Of a DNA stretch of 64,000 bases, positions 24,065 to 37,624 are shown piece by piece; the first letter of the stretch is position 1, and each line of letters opens with the position of its first letter. The DNA is from Octopus sinensis. Its lineage: Eukaryota. The stretch covers positions 23,064,001 through 23,128,000 of the forward strand of contig NC_043016.1 of assembly GCF_006345805.1 (NCBI RefSeq), in the 5' to 3' direction. The translations under genes were made by a program, and so were the position numbers. The notes beneath the pieces were generated by a model, which saw only the letters and a program-made list of their open reading frames with translations, was not told where the DNA came from and made no database searches.

Positions 24065-24490
24065 TATGGTATGTAGAAAAATACAACATGGACAAGAACG
24101 TATAACTCTTAGAAGACGATACAATAAACACGGACAGGACATTCGAAACCCTCAGTCTTCAGTCAAGAACCGGATCATCGTAGTAATTTCGGCTGATTAA
24201 TCTTGAGATTACTAGATCACGGCCAGCCCTCCAAGAAAAACTAAGCAACAAGCATTAGAAAAACTAAGCTGGGAGCGTAGATTCCTGGAAGAAGGATCGA
24301 ATGCATACGAACACCGGGACAGCAAAAGGGACGAATATAAAAGGCAAAAAAAAATAATGGAATACAGAAACATGAAATACAGAAGCATTAACGGTATACA
24401 ATGGGCTTCTTTCAGTTTCTGTCTACCAAATCCACTCACAAGGCTTTGGTTGGCCTGAGGCTATGGTAGAAGACACTTACCCAAGGTGCC
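23775..24490 (-). mobile_element. SINE family A split at its microsatellite by a roughly 320-bp CpG-rich insert (24064-24388, probably PLE-derived)
   Basis: 3' half at 23775-24050 and 5' half at 24389-24490; the insert sits in the (TA)n. Confidence 0.7.
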
Positions 24491-24499
24491 ACATAGAAA

Positions 24500-25340
24500 G
24501 CATTTGTGTGGATGCTGATGCCATGTAAAAAGCACTAGTGGTGGTACCATGTAAAAAGCAACCAGTACACTCTGTGAAGTGGTTGGCATTAGGAAAGGCA
24601 TCAGGCTGTAGAAACAAAGCCAAAACAGACTATGGAACCTGGTGCAGCCCCTGGCTTTGCCATTTTCTATCATGCCATCCAATCCATGCCAGCATGGAAA
24701 ACAGATGTTAAATGTTGATAATGATGATATATGTGCATTTGTATGAATATATATATATATAGTGTGTGTGTGTGCCTGAATGTAGGAGCAAATGTTTGTG
24801 TCTCCTTATCTTCACATCATGCAATTGTTATAAATGCAGTCAGTCTTTTCCAGTATTCTACAAGAACATATGTGGTCATGGTAAAACAGTACCTACCTTG
24901 GAAGTAGGTGAAGATTGGCAACAGGAAGTGTATCCAGCCAGAGAAACTCTGTCTTAAACTTTATATGACCCATGCAAGCCATAAGAAAGGTGGTTGTCAA
25001 GGCGATGATGATGATTCTAGCAATGAAACTGAACATTTTCCCAACCATATCTGCAGCACCATCAGTGCAAATTCTTGACCAAATTTCATTTTTCGTGGCA
25101 GTGCCTTGTAAAAGCACTCATATGGTGCCATGCAAATGTGCTTGTGCAGTGCCACGTAAAAGCACCCAGCACACTTTGTAAAGTGGTTGGCATTAGGAAG
25201 GACATCCAGCCATAGAAACCAGGTCAAATCAGACTGGAGTCTGGTGCAGCCCCTAACTGGTCAGCTCTGGTTAAACTGTCCAACCCGTGTCAGCATGTAT
25301 TACAGATGTTAAATGATGATGATGATGATGATGATGATGA
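24500..25340 (+). mobile_element. Two copies of an (ATG)n-tailed SINE-like/RTE-tail repeat (family C: 24500-24730, 25110-25340) flanking a hAT (Buster/Charlie-like) fragment on the minus strand (25015-25105)
   Basis: Family C shows GTGGTTGGCATTAGGAAG..CATCCAGC...TTAAATGATGATGAT, with further copies at about 21080, 28750, 45270, 54790, 55800, 56740 and 58020. The hAT fragment reads KNEIWSRICTDGAADMVGKMFSFIARI, like W..CVGICTDGAAAM.G. Confidence 0.65.
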
Positions 25341-26004
25341 TAAACAAACTGAATTAAATTATGCTTCCCCTGTAGCAGGATTTGCCAAAGTTTGACAGTT
25401 TAATAAGCTTTCTTCTTCAATTCCATTCTCATGAATATAGCATACAAACACAAGTAAAAATGCTAAATCAGCAAGGCCTGTTGACCTGTCCACTTGTGGA
25501 AAATGTTATTGCTTGGTTTCACAAACAATTTGACATTTCACGAATACACCAGAAAACTGCATCAATAAAAGCTGGTATATGGTCAATATTTTATATATAT
25601 TTTATTTTAACTTTTAATTGTTTCAGTCACTGGACTGTGGCCAACTGCCTTAATGAGTTTAGTCAAACAAATCAATACTAGTACTTATATTTTTATGTCC
25701 TGGATATGGCTTTAAACTACATCCGGTTTGGGAATTCCAGAGTTTTGAGAAATGTAGAACCACTTCTTAGCCATTATTCTTCCCAGGTCTACTCCGACCC
25801 AGACTAGTATCACTTGTCAGGATCCCAGCTATGGATTAATTAGCATGTGCGTAGAAGTCATCTATAAATATGGGAAGAAGCAGGACCAGATCAAATCACA
25901 AGAGGGCCCTGGCAAGGCCTTGCATCCAGTAACCACCTGAGCCAAGGTTATGTTGGAATCATGGGATGCAACATGGTAGATGTAAACTATTTCAGCAGAT
26001 GAAC

Positions 26005-26464
26005 TAGGCATAGGAGTGGCTGTGTGGTAAGTAGCTATAGGCGTAGGAGTGGCTGTGTAGTAAGTAGCTTGCTTACCAGCCACATGGTTCCAAGTTCAGT
26101 CCCACTGCGTGGCACCTTGGGCAAGTGTCATCTACTATAGCCTCGGGCCGACCAAAGCCTTGTGAGTGGATTAGGCAGACAGAAACTGAAAGAAGCCCGT
26201 CGTATATATGTACATATATATGTGTGTGTATCTGTGTATGCGTGTATGTTTGTGTGTCTGTGTTTGTCCCCCCCCCCACAACATCGCTTGACAACCGATG
26301 CTGGTGTGTTTACATCCCCGTAACTTAGCAGTTCAGCAAAATGACTGATAAAATAAGTACTAGGCTTACAAAGAATAAGTCCTGGGGTCGATTTGGTCGA
26401 CTAAAAGGCGGTGCTCCAGCATGAACACAGTCAAATGACTGAAACAAGTAAAAGAGTAAAAGAG
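26005..26464 (+). mobile_element. SINE family A with a tandemly duplicated 32-bp 5' head
   Basis: TAGGCATAGGAGTGGCTGTGTGGTAAGTAGCT at 26005-26036 is repeated at 26038-26069. Confidence 0.85.
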
Positions 26465-27664
26465 ATGAACTTACTGAGTTAATAGTGAACATCACTAAAT
26501 ACTGAGTGAATGAGCAATCGTCAAACTGTCAATGGTCAGGATCAACCAGTTCAGTAAGTGAACTACTAGTATCATCTGTAGTTTTGGTGTGCACAAATGA
26601 GATATTTCAGTAAGAAAAAGATCAATGCAATTAAAACCTAAGCCAGACATTCATGCCACATCACTCGATTAAGACAATGCATGTGGAAGAATTACATTAG
26701 TCTGGGCAAGTTGTTTGATTGGATGATGAGGATGACTTATTTTTTTTTTAAAGTTTGATACTTATTCTGTCTCTTTTGCCAAACTGCTAAGTTGCAGGGA
26801 CATAAGCAAACCAACACTGATTGGGAAGTGGTGTGGACATACACAATCTATTAAATCCCTGCATTACATCAAATATTTTGCACAGAGTGGTATAAGGTTT
26901 TAGCCAAACTAAAAGACAAATGGTGGATGGTGAAAATGAGTAAACCTTTCTGATATTTTCCACTTACTTTAATTGGGTTAATCTTGCTACCCAAGGTATC
27001 AATATAACTAAAATGTTTCAAAGTTCAAAGGAATATAAATGCATTTAGATGTAAACTAAAACTAAGCTGACTATATGGTTAAAGATATTCAAGTGTTTAT
27101 GATTCATGCAATTGTATATGCTTCACCTAAATTTGCTAGTTGATAACCTCGTGGAATGAAAACAAGTAATACACCAATTTTGAAGATGATCTTGTTATTG
27201 GCTCAGACTGATAACACCTCTTTCATTCATGTTACTTGGGTCCTACTTTTTAGCACTTGAGACTTAGTATTAATCTTTAAGTATTTACTTAAATAGCATT
27301 TATTCTTTATTGATTATAGAAAATTATAGTTGTCCTATGAAGGTACATGACATATTGTTTAAGGTGTTTAGTTCATGGCCATAAGTTTGTGTGTTTCATC
27401 TCTGGACCAGGCAAAACATTGTGTCCTTGAGCAAGGTACTTCAGTTCACATTATTGCTATCTATTCAGCTGTAATGTTGAGTGCTGGTACAGTACTCTCT
27501 CCCTCCAGCTATCACATCTTAGATGTTCTATTGGATCAAGGGTGACAATGTTGAGAGGATGTCTACATTCACTTGCAACACTTAAAACATTTCAAGAAAA
27601 CATGGTACACATTACTAAAGCCATACTTGCCTGTAAGTGATGGCTAGATGATCTGTACTGTAAT

Positions 27665-27823
27665 ATTTGTGGCTGTGTGGTAAGTAGCTTGCTTACCAAC
27701 CAAATGGTTCCAGGTTCAGTCCCACTGCGTGACACCTTGAGCAAGTGTCTTTTACTATAGCCTCGGGTCAACCAAGCCTTGTGAGTGGATTTGGTAGACA
27801 GAAACTGAAAGAAGCCCATTGTA

Positions 27824-27898
<75 letters not shown>

Positions 27899-28130
27899 AT
27901 GTATGTATGTGTTATGTTGTGTGTCTGTGTTTGTCCCCCCAACATCACTTGACAACCGATGGTGGTGTGGTTACATCCCCATAACTTAGCGGTTCGGCAA
28001 AAGAGACCGATAGAATAAGTACTAGGCTTACAAAGAATAAGTCCTGGGATCGATTTGCTCGACTAAAGGCAGTGTTCCAACATGGCCACAGTCATATGAC
28101 TGAAACAAGTAAAAGAGAGAGAGAGTAAAA
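27665..28130 (+). mobile_element. SINE family A
   Basis: Same structure as the other copies, with an expanded (TA)n. Confidence 0.9.
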
Positions 28131-29369
28131 GTGTATATATTAGAAAGGCCTCTAAACTGAAAGGAATTGAAAGTATTAAAACCGAGTTGCCAAATTTTAC
28201 CAGTTCAGTAGAATATATCTAGAACTAATATTCTAACACCAAAACTAAGTTACTGTGAAAATCCTACATAAATCTACATTGAGTTTATTTGTTTCTTTGC
28301 ATGTATGTGCGTGTGAAAAGATGTTGAATCATTTGCAGAGAATAATGTAAACTGATAAATAAAATATGATAATAAATACAATTTTTTTATATTTTATATT
28401 TTTTTCTTATATAATTCAAAACTGAAACAAAAGACAAATAACAACCACACTAAAAATGTCTCATTGTATAATTTTAATCAAAGTCTGTTTTAAGCCCTTA
28501 ATACAAGTAATCCTTATTTAATTTTTCTCTCTATATAGAGTAAGATATAGGCTAACATTAAATAATTTCTTTTCACTACCTGCTACAAGGGTAAGGGTGA
28601 TGCTCTAGATAAATAATATATATAAATATCTAGCTTAGGTATTTTCCACCACTGATTACTTTTGAAATCATTATCATTTTCATCATTGTTTTAATGCTCA
28701 CTTCAAAAAATTCCATTTGATACACATGGGTTAGACAGAATTCGGTGAGGTACATTTCTATAACCAGATAACCTTCTTATTGCCAACCCTCACCTGTTTC
28801 CAAGCAAAGTAATATTTCCTCAAGGCCAGACATGTTTTCATTGAATATTGGAAACAAAGGACACCACTCACATGACAGTGAGGCTAATTTATAAGTATCA
28901 CCCATGCACAATGGGTTTCTTACAGTTTCTATCTACCAAATCCATTGACAGGTCTTAAGTCAGCCAGAGCTGGAGTAAAAGATACTTGCTTTAGATGCTG
29001 CACATTGGGATGGAACTGTAACCATTTAGTTGGGAATCAAACTTCTTAGCATACAGTCATGCCTGAATACTTAGGTATCTTTGGAAATGCTTTCATAATA
29101 TTCTGTAGCAGAAAGAAATGTATCATTTGCAGATTACTTAGATTCAGAGACTTTAGGACAAGAATGATATAATATTATTTTAAATATGATATTGAGAAGG
29201 AAAAAAAAAACATTTAAAAAATTGTAATTTAACTATATATTTTGCAGAAAAACAAACACACATATCATATGCTTTTACATGCAGATAAATAAATTCTTGG
29301 GCCTCTGCCAAATCTCACACTTTGATTAATTAGAAAAGCATGATGGCATCTACTTATCTACTTTACATA

Positions 29370-29412
<43 letters not shown>

Positions 29413-29879
29413 ACACACACACACACATTTATGCAGTAAATTTGATTTTCTTAATGAAAACCAGCACAGAGCAACTAATGCATATATGTAGAAGATAAAC
29501 ATGTTTTTGAAATATTACCTGTTTGGTATTCAGAGAACTCTGTCAAATTTAATGCTTATTAATTCACATTATTTTGAATTAATCATTCTCATAGCTTTGA
29601 GAATTTGATAATGTGAGTGTATATTTTTAGAATGACATTTTAGGACGTGTATGAGTAGCAGGATGTCACAAGTTTTTATATAAAACAGGTAGAATATTTG
29701 AGGCAAAAAGTCCTGTTTAAATGCTAAAAGCTTAAAGTGAACCTGTCATAAATTACAGTTTTAACAAAAATTCTCCCCTACATATTCACATTCTTTTGGT
29801 TCCACGAAAATTTTGTTTTATTCTAGTTTACAACAAACTTGTAATTACAACTCCTAAACTACTTGACCACTAAACTTTG

Positions 29880-31900
29880 TTTAGCTTTCTGCTTCACTTT
29901 GTGTATATGGTGGCTGGTGAAATATTGACAAAACACGGAAAAGAAAACATATCTTTCAACTGACTTCTAAATTGTTTTGACAAGGTAAGCGAAACTGACT
30001 GTGAACTGAAATTTTGACACAGTGAACAGAGAAATCAATGCAAAGCAATACCATATACAAAACCTGGAGAAGTGGTACAAATATTAAATTTCCATTCACA
30101 TGAAGCTTTACCAGCACAAAATGAAGTAGAATATTTTAAAACAAATTTAAAAAAAAAAGAGAGCAGCAGAAACTCAAGTCTCTGAATGTTGCTACAAAAT
30201 GAATGCTTGACAAACATATCTCAAGCTGGTCTAGCTGTTATTCCTGATATGTCTGATCTGAGAAAAACATGAGAACAATGCTCCTTACTTCATACTAATC
30301 AGACCAATTTACAACAATCAATTTTGCTAGAATGATGCAATATATATAGCCCACAACTGTGCTTTAAAATCATTTTATTGTGTGAAAGTAGACCAGATCG
30401 TGATTAGAAGAGTAAGCTGGCTTCAACATTTAGTGTCATCTTATGGTTTGCAGATGGCACATTCAGAATTGCTTGTAGCCTCTTTTCTCAAATTTATGAG
30501 ATTTGGTAAAAAAGCAAAACAGAGTTCACCCTATAATGTATGCTCTTTTGTCAAACAAACTATGTACACCGCATACATGACAAGTGTTGAAAGAAAGTGA
30601 ATCTAATTCAAGGCAAACTTTAATTGTATGCAACTTTGCACAAGCTTCACACAATAATATAGTTCTGAATAATGTAAATAATGTAGCTTCACACAATGTT
30701 GTGAAGAAACTATTCTCTGTGGTTTATATAAAAGGATGGGTTGTTTTTTCATTTAGCACAAAATCTGCAAAAGTATATAGCTAAATTGGGTTTCAATTAT
30801 TTATCCAACACTCATTCTGATACTGTAATGAAAGCAAAAACAGCTATTGCTCTTGCTGGCATACCTACACAAATATACACCTCACCTTGTCTTTGTTTCC
30901 TCATAACTTTCAGGAAAAGGATATTTTTTAATGAGATTTTCTACAAATACCTTTCAGATAGTGCAGATTCTGACTATATAGAAATTTGTGATGAAAAAGT
31001 TCTCCAAGAAGGACAGACAAGTTTTGGCAAATTCACATGAGTCAGCTGTTTCATCACAACTTTCTGAAAAATGGCTATTTCTTATGAAATTTTCATACTT
31101 TTCAGATGATGTAGATTATGATTATATCAGAATTTATGTGGAAAAAAAATAGATGGGTACATACATCAACATACTGATAAACATAACACATCTACAAAAT
31201 GAAACTTGAAATTTTGAAAATTGTGAGATGTGTATCAAGATGTCTGTGTGTCCACCAATCTTTTTTTTTTTTTCGTATTAAACTTTGATATAATTTATAT
31301 CACCTGAAAGGTATTTGTAGAAAGTTTCATAAAAATATCCATTTTTTCCCCCTGAAAGTCATGAGTTAAGTCAGGGAGGAGCATGCTTGTGTAGGTTTGC
31401 CCTTTAACCTTTGTACCGTTGTACAAGATTGATAAATGTATGTATACCCTTGTAACCAAGCTGCTACTAGAACTTCAGACTTTGCTCTCAATTGATTTGA
31501 AAATACAAGTGTTGATAATCAAAACATACAAGAAAGTGAAAACCAAATCTTCCTATCTCTCTCTGAAATAGGAATCCTCACCAAAGAAAATTAAACAGGG
31601 CAGACTGTACAATCATTCAGAAGTAATTCATTGTTAACTGCAATCTATTGGCTGAAACCACGAAATGGATAGAAGAATGTCCAATGATATAGAAATTAAT
31701 AGATGGGTGTAAAATTCAGAAAGGAAGAGATGCATACTATGAATGTTTATAAGTTTGATATGAACCACCCCAAAACCTCAAAAAATATGGAGGTGCTGAC
31801 AAAAGAATATATGAAACTGTTACGAATTTTGTAAACATGAATGCTGTTGAGTACCTAAGGAGTATTACTTATAATCACCAAATGAAGAATTGAATACAGT
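29880..31900 (+). mobile_element. Decayed MULE (FLYWCH-containing Mutator-like) transposase, interrupted at about 30850-31420
   Basis: QCKAIPYTKPGEVVQILNFHSHEALPAQNEVEYFKTNLK (FLYWCH-like, about 30037-30150), ADGTFRIACSLFSQIYEI (30450; MULE DGTF motif) and EYLRSITYN (about 31850). Confidence 0.7.
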
Positions 31901-33539
31901 TACCTTTTCAAGAAAAATAGCATAGTAATATTTTTTTTATCAGTAACTAGCATATCTGTGTTGTCAAAAATGCTGACAGTTTTATTAATGATAGAGAATG
32001 GCATATTAAAACAATGAGAGAAACTATTGCTAAATGTTGGCAGTTGAGTAAATATATGTAGACATACAGAATTGAAGCAATGGAAGAATTAGATATGGTT
32101 CTAAAATCTCTGGTTGAAAATATCATGCACATAATGTGTGTGTGTGTGTGTATATATATATGTATATAATATATATGTGTGTGTGTTTCTATATATGTAT
32201 ATATATAAATTGGAGAAAAACCATTATGCAATTCAAACAATGATAGACATAAACCAAATCATAAAAAAAAATAAAATATATTATAAAACATATAACTAGA
32301 TCACAAAAAGTACAAAAATGAATAAACAATATATAATAAGTCAAAAGACTATGTACGTTTCATGGGTATAATTTAAATTCGAATTACAATTAAATCTAAA
32401 TTTAATCAAAAAACAATTCAATTTAAAAGTATAGTCACTCCTCAGGTCAACAATAATAACAATAATAGTTACATAAATAATCAAATAGAATTAAACAATA
32501 TTTCTTAAAGAAATAAAATCATGATTGTTCTTATAGAAGAAACTCTATTAACTAAATTTGAAACTTAAACAGTAGGAACAGGTGCATATAATACATTTAT
32601 CACATTAAAAACGTAAGGTAAAAAATAGAGTAAATAGATAGAAAAATGTATCTAGCTATGAAGATATAATTTAGCTTTAAGAATAACATTAACAAACTAT
32701 AGAATATCTTTTCACTAGCTATACTCTAATATTTTACGTTACTCTATTTTATATAAATATATATATTTATACATGTGTGCGTGTGTTTGTGAAACTGATA
32801 AGCTACATACAATTTACACTAAAAATTTGCAAGTTTTATTTTGATTAAAATACCAGTAAATCCAGAGCAAAACCTTTTAATACAGTTTGTCTGTGACTGT
32901 CATTCACTCTCACTCCATTTGTTGTTTTATTATATGCAAGATAATCTTTCACTGTACATAATTCCAGTTTAACTATTCCAGTTGATTATATTGTCTCTTT
33001 CACTTTGTATTCACTCACACTATTTATGCAAATGTTTTCATTATGCATAAGTGAAATAGGGATGTGTTTTGTATCAATAACAGTCAGAGATTCATTTAAT
33101 GTTTCTCTCATTCTCTCTCATGCCCCTTCTCTCCCTCTGCTTCTGTGCGTAAGAATGCTCTCATTCTCTCTGTTGCCTCCTATGCCAAAAAGTAAGGGCA
33201 TCAAAACAGGTTCAGTGTCTAGCCAGCAGTGACAAATCAGCAATGTCCAAACAGCTGCATCCCAATTTATGAACCTGGAAGTATGAAAGGCATATTTCTC
33301 TTGCTCTCTCTCTCTCTCTTTATATATTTATATACAGGTGTGTGCATTAAAACAAATATCCAGAGAGTTCAGTTTTATGTTAACAAAAAAGACAACTGGA
33401 AGATTAAGAAGAGAAAAGCCTAAAATATCAAAGACCTATGCTTTATCCACATTTCTGGAATACTGAATGTAAAATTCTTGATTTGCCAACTACAGAGGGA
33501 AATACATTGCAGAAAAAAAATACTTAAGAAAAAATATAC

Positions 33540-33705
33540 TAGGTGCGGGCATGGTGTGTGGTAAGAAGCTTGCTTCCCAACCACGTGGTCCTGGATTCAG
33601 TCCCACTAGTTGGCACCTTGGGCAAGTGTCTTCTACTATAGCCTCAGGCTGACCAAGGTCTTGCGAGTGGATTTGGTAGACAGAAACTGAAAGAAGCCTG
33701 TCAGT
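33540..33705 (+). mobile_element. 5' half of a family A SINE; its 3' half resumes at about 36545-36760
   Basis: It ends at AAGAAGCCTGTC, just where the (TA)n normally starts. Confidence 0.75.
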
Positions 33706-34238
33706 AAGGGTTGGATGGAAGGCGTTCAATGGAATAAGGGATGTGCTCAAGGGAAGGTTGGACAGGACCACCCGCGCCAACCTCATTAACAGTGCAGTTC
33801 TGCCTGCAATGTTATATGGTAGTGAAACATGGGCTACCACAAAGAGAGAAGAGCAAAGACTGATAACGGCTCAAAGAGCCATGGAAAGGTCAATGCTTGG
33901 TATCTCGTTGAGAGAGCACATAAATAGCAACATCATCAGAAAGAAGTCCGGTGTGAGAGATGTCATCACAGAGTATACTCGCAGCAAGTATAGATGGGCT
34001 GGACACGTTGCCCGGCTCACCGATAATCGGTGGATGCACGCAGTTGCCGAGTGGTACCCGCGTGAGTGAAAAAGACCACCCGGAAGACCTCCACAATGGT
34101 GGAATGACGATTTCAAGAGGACGATTGGGACCACGTGGATGAGAAAGGCGCGATCCAGAGAGGAGTGGACAGCATGCTGTGACCAGCGGTGTCAAATGGA
34201 CACCTGACGGACTGGTCAGTCAGGGTGATCAGGGTGAT
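33706..34238 (+). mobile_element. RTE-clade LINE, 5'-truncated 3' end, relatively young
   Basis: ORF 33743-34069: LINSAVLPAMLYGSETW...QRAMERSMLG...KYRWAGHVAR..DNRW...EWYPRE*KRPPGRP. CpGs are retained and the tail is CAGGGTGATCAGGGTGAT. Confidence 0.9.
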
Positions 34239-34251
34239 ATACATATATATA

Positions 34252-35479
34252 TATATTATAAAACTGAGAATGTGTGTCTGTCTGTCTGTACGTGTGCATC
34301 ACTAAAACTCAAGAACTACCCAACTGATTTCATTCACATTTTACACATGACTTACTTAGGGTCCATGAAGTGTCATGGGCCAAAAAATATATATACATAT
34401 ATATATGCATACATATATATATATATAATATGTACACACACATATATACATATACACACACACACACACGCACACACACACACACACACATATATATGTA
34501 TGTATTGATAGAAATGGCAAGGCAACAAAAGAATGAAAAAGACGTCAATATTATGTAAATAGAGGAATTTATCTGTAAATATAATATATGTCCACATAGA
34601 AGCTTTTTATCTCTCTATACTTTTTACTTATATTTCTTAAATATTTTTTATATATTTTTTTACATATTTATAGAGATATTGGTTTATAGTTTTATTGCTC
34701 ATATATTTTTTAACACATAATTTTTCTGTATTCTACCTTCCACCCTGCATTTTTCCTGTGCATATATAGACGTGTATATGGAATTTTTTGTGTGTGCGTG
34801 TGGATGTGTGCATATGTGCAGGTATATGCATATGTAGACGTGTGTGTGTGTGCGTGCATGCATGTATGTGCATATATAGACATGTTTTACTCTTATTGCT
34901 TATTTTTTACACATTTTTCTGCATTTTGCCTTTAGCCCAGTTTTTTCTTGTGCATGTGTGTATATAGACATGTATATGAACCTTTTTTGTGTGCATGTGT
35001 GTGTGTATGTGCAAGCGAGTATGCGGGTATGTATATATTTTTTGGTGAATGTGTGGGTGAGCATGTGTGTTTCAAGTGAGGGTGGATGAGTATATACATA
35101 TAGGTGCATGTACGTGGGTGTGTGGACGCACATATATATGGACATGCGCGCTTATGCGAATACCATGATTATTTTTACTCCCTCCCCTCACTTAGCGGTC
35201 ATTCTAATAGCTCTTTTGTCTTAATAACGGTCGATCACACAGTAGTTTCCCTGTGTTTTAACAGTCATTTTCATACCATTTTTTTCGATGGCCCGATAAC
35301 TAAAGAGATGCCGGCGTGGGTTTCTGCCCCGACATCTGAAACTTGGAGTTTTATCATGGCTACTGAATAATTGAAACATATATTTATACAGGTGTGTATA
35401 TACATATATATGTATATATGTATGTATATATATATATATATATACATGTGTAAATATATATATACATATATATAAATGC

Positions 35480-35539
<60 letters not shown>

Positions 35540-36217
35540 TATATATATATACATATATACATATAAATATAAAAATGGAACAAAAATGCAATAGTGGCAT
35601 TAAAACATTCGGACAGATAGGTGATACAAAGGAGGTCAAGAGAAACAACAATTAGAAGGACAGGAAAAAAAAAAGACAGGTCATTCTTGACTTTCTTTCA
35701 TCAGTCAAGTCACAGAAGTCACAACCATTTCAGGCAGTTACACTTGAGATGGTTCGATCTGGTTGCCCCTAAAAAAGCCTAAGCTAAGAGCATTAGACCC
35801 CTTTGTAAGAAAGCTAGCAAATGTATATGGCAACAAAGACAAAAAAAAAAAAAAATGGGAGAACATGCTAAACAATTATGAATACATACAACAAGAAATA
35901 ACAACAGGTGTCTTGAAACTGAGAATGAATCAAATTGAGCTGGCATGTATGAAGTGAAAGCCTAAAGACAGCAACATGGGAGATGGACACAAGAGGTGTT
36001 GATGGTCGGCCGATGTTGCTATGTTTACGTCCCCTTAACTTAGCAGTTTGGCAAAAGAAACTTCTAGAATAAGTACTAGTCTTACAAAGAATAAATCCTG
36101 GGGTTGATTTATTTGAGTAAAGGCAGTGCTCCAGCATGGCCACAGTCACATGACTGAAACAAAGCAATAGAAATACATGCCATTTTAATCCTGAGCAATG
36201 CTGGGTATCCCTGCTAG
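34252..36217 (+). mobile_element. Probable non-autonomous Helitron carrying nested repeats
   Basis: 5' TATAAAACTGAGAATGTGTGTCTGTCTG (Helitron-type start) and 3' hairpin CCTGAGCAATGCTGGG plus CTAG (36214-36217) followed by T. Pairing of the two ends is inferred. Confidence 0.55.
35295..35355 (+). ncRNA. Degenerate type-I hammerhead ribozyme motif (G5>A)
   Basis: Stem I GATAA/TTATC; core CTAAAGA (for CUGAAGA); stem II GATGCCGG/CCGACATC plus an extra T; GAAA; stem III ACT-TGG-AGT; triplet GTT (35348-35350). Confidence 0.55.
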
Positions 36218-36392
36218 TATATCTTTAATACTATTCTCGCTGGATTGTGTGTTCATTTCTCTTTTTGCCATCCGTGATTTTATTTTTGATCTTCTATATA
36301 AATGAAGATATTTCCTCCGTCTAGCTGCTTTTCTCTCTACAAAATGGAAAGTTGCATTGTGTAACAGTCATTTTAACGAGTTGTATTTATTT

Positions 36393-36498
36393 ATCACCTG
36401 ACAAGATACATCTGCACCACCAGATGTTCCTGGACCAGTTGGTGAGTGTCTCACCCAAGAGGAATTGATGCTAGATGTATCGAAACAATTGTTGTGAT
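36393..36498 (+). ncRNA. Type-I minimal hammerhead ribozyme motif with extended stem II (G8>A, likely inactive)
   Basis: Stem I ATCAC/GTGAT; core CTGACAA (CUGACGA with CpG decay); perfect 8-bp stem II GATACATC/GATGTATC enclosing about 60 nt; GAAAC-AATT-GTT with palindromic ACAATTGT; cleavage site would be after 36493. Confidence 0.75.
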
Positions 36499-37624
36499 TA
36501 ACAATAAATTCTCGTATATTCCATCTTCTATATTTCATTTGCTATATGTGTGTGTGTGTGTCTGTGTTTGTGCCCCCATTGCCACTTGACAACAGGTGTT
36601 GGAGTATATATGTCCCTGTAACTTAGCAGTTTGGCAAAAGAGACTGATGGAATAAGTACTACGCTTAAAAAATAAGTATTGGGGTCAATTTGCTTGACTA
36701 AAATTCTTTCAAGGTGGTGCCCCAGCATGGCAGCAGTGAAATAACTGAAACCAGTAAAAGAACGAAAATTCCTTGAACCCTTTAAAATAATGAGTGTTCA
36801 GACATAGGGGCAAATAATTCTAGTACAAGATTAAATTTAGATTGTGGAGACTAGCAATTGTACAAGTGATGTCGATAATGCTTCATATGAGATTATTAAC
36901 TGAATTCAAATAAAGGATAACTGAAGAGAAAATATTTGGACATTTAGCTATAAAGTATGAAGAATCAGATGATCAACACTTCAAAATAAACCAAATAGAT
37001 ACTTTAGTGATAATAGAATTTTTTAAAAATGATAATCATAGCCAACCCATATTTTCTTGCCACAAATCATAAAATAAAGAATTTATATAAATAAGATTAT
37101 GAATGCACGTTGCAATTATGAGTTCAAAGTTTGCTACATACAGTCCTTGTGATGTGATCCTGAGCAAAGTCATAACTCTGTTTTACCCAATTTTCTTAAC
37201 TGAAATACAATAGCTTCTAAAGTTCAGTGCTAGCTGACATTTAAGTAGTTTAGATATAAGTAAAAACACTTTCTCTGACAAATAAATCATCTCATCCATA
37301 CCAGCATTAAAACAGTGAAAAAGAATACAAAATATGTTTTTTTTTTCAATTATTACGTGTTCAAACATGACCTAAGAGTAGTAAAGATAAATACAAGATG
37401 AACAGTAAGAGCGATTGAAATTTGAAGTTTGAAAACTGATCTGAAGAGATTCAAGGTCTAGATATTCTTCATACGACTGCTTTCTAGGCAACGCCTACAC
37501 ATCATGATGTTTTCCAAGAACACCATGAAGGATTTAAAGTATTTGAAGTTCAGAAACTCACAAAAGTACAAAAATCTCATGGAGTATCAAATTATTAAAA
37601 AGAAAAAAAACCTCTCTGGCTTTA

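Noticed and set aside
24121-24180. CTGAAGA...CGAATGTC on the minus strand as a hammerhead
   Set aside because: There is no GAAA, no pairing for stem II and no convincing stem I.
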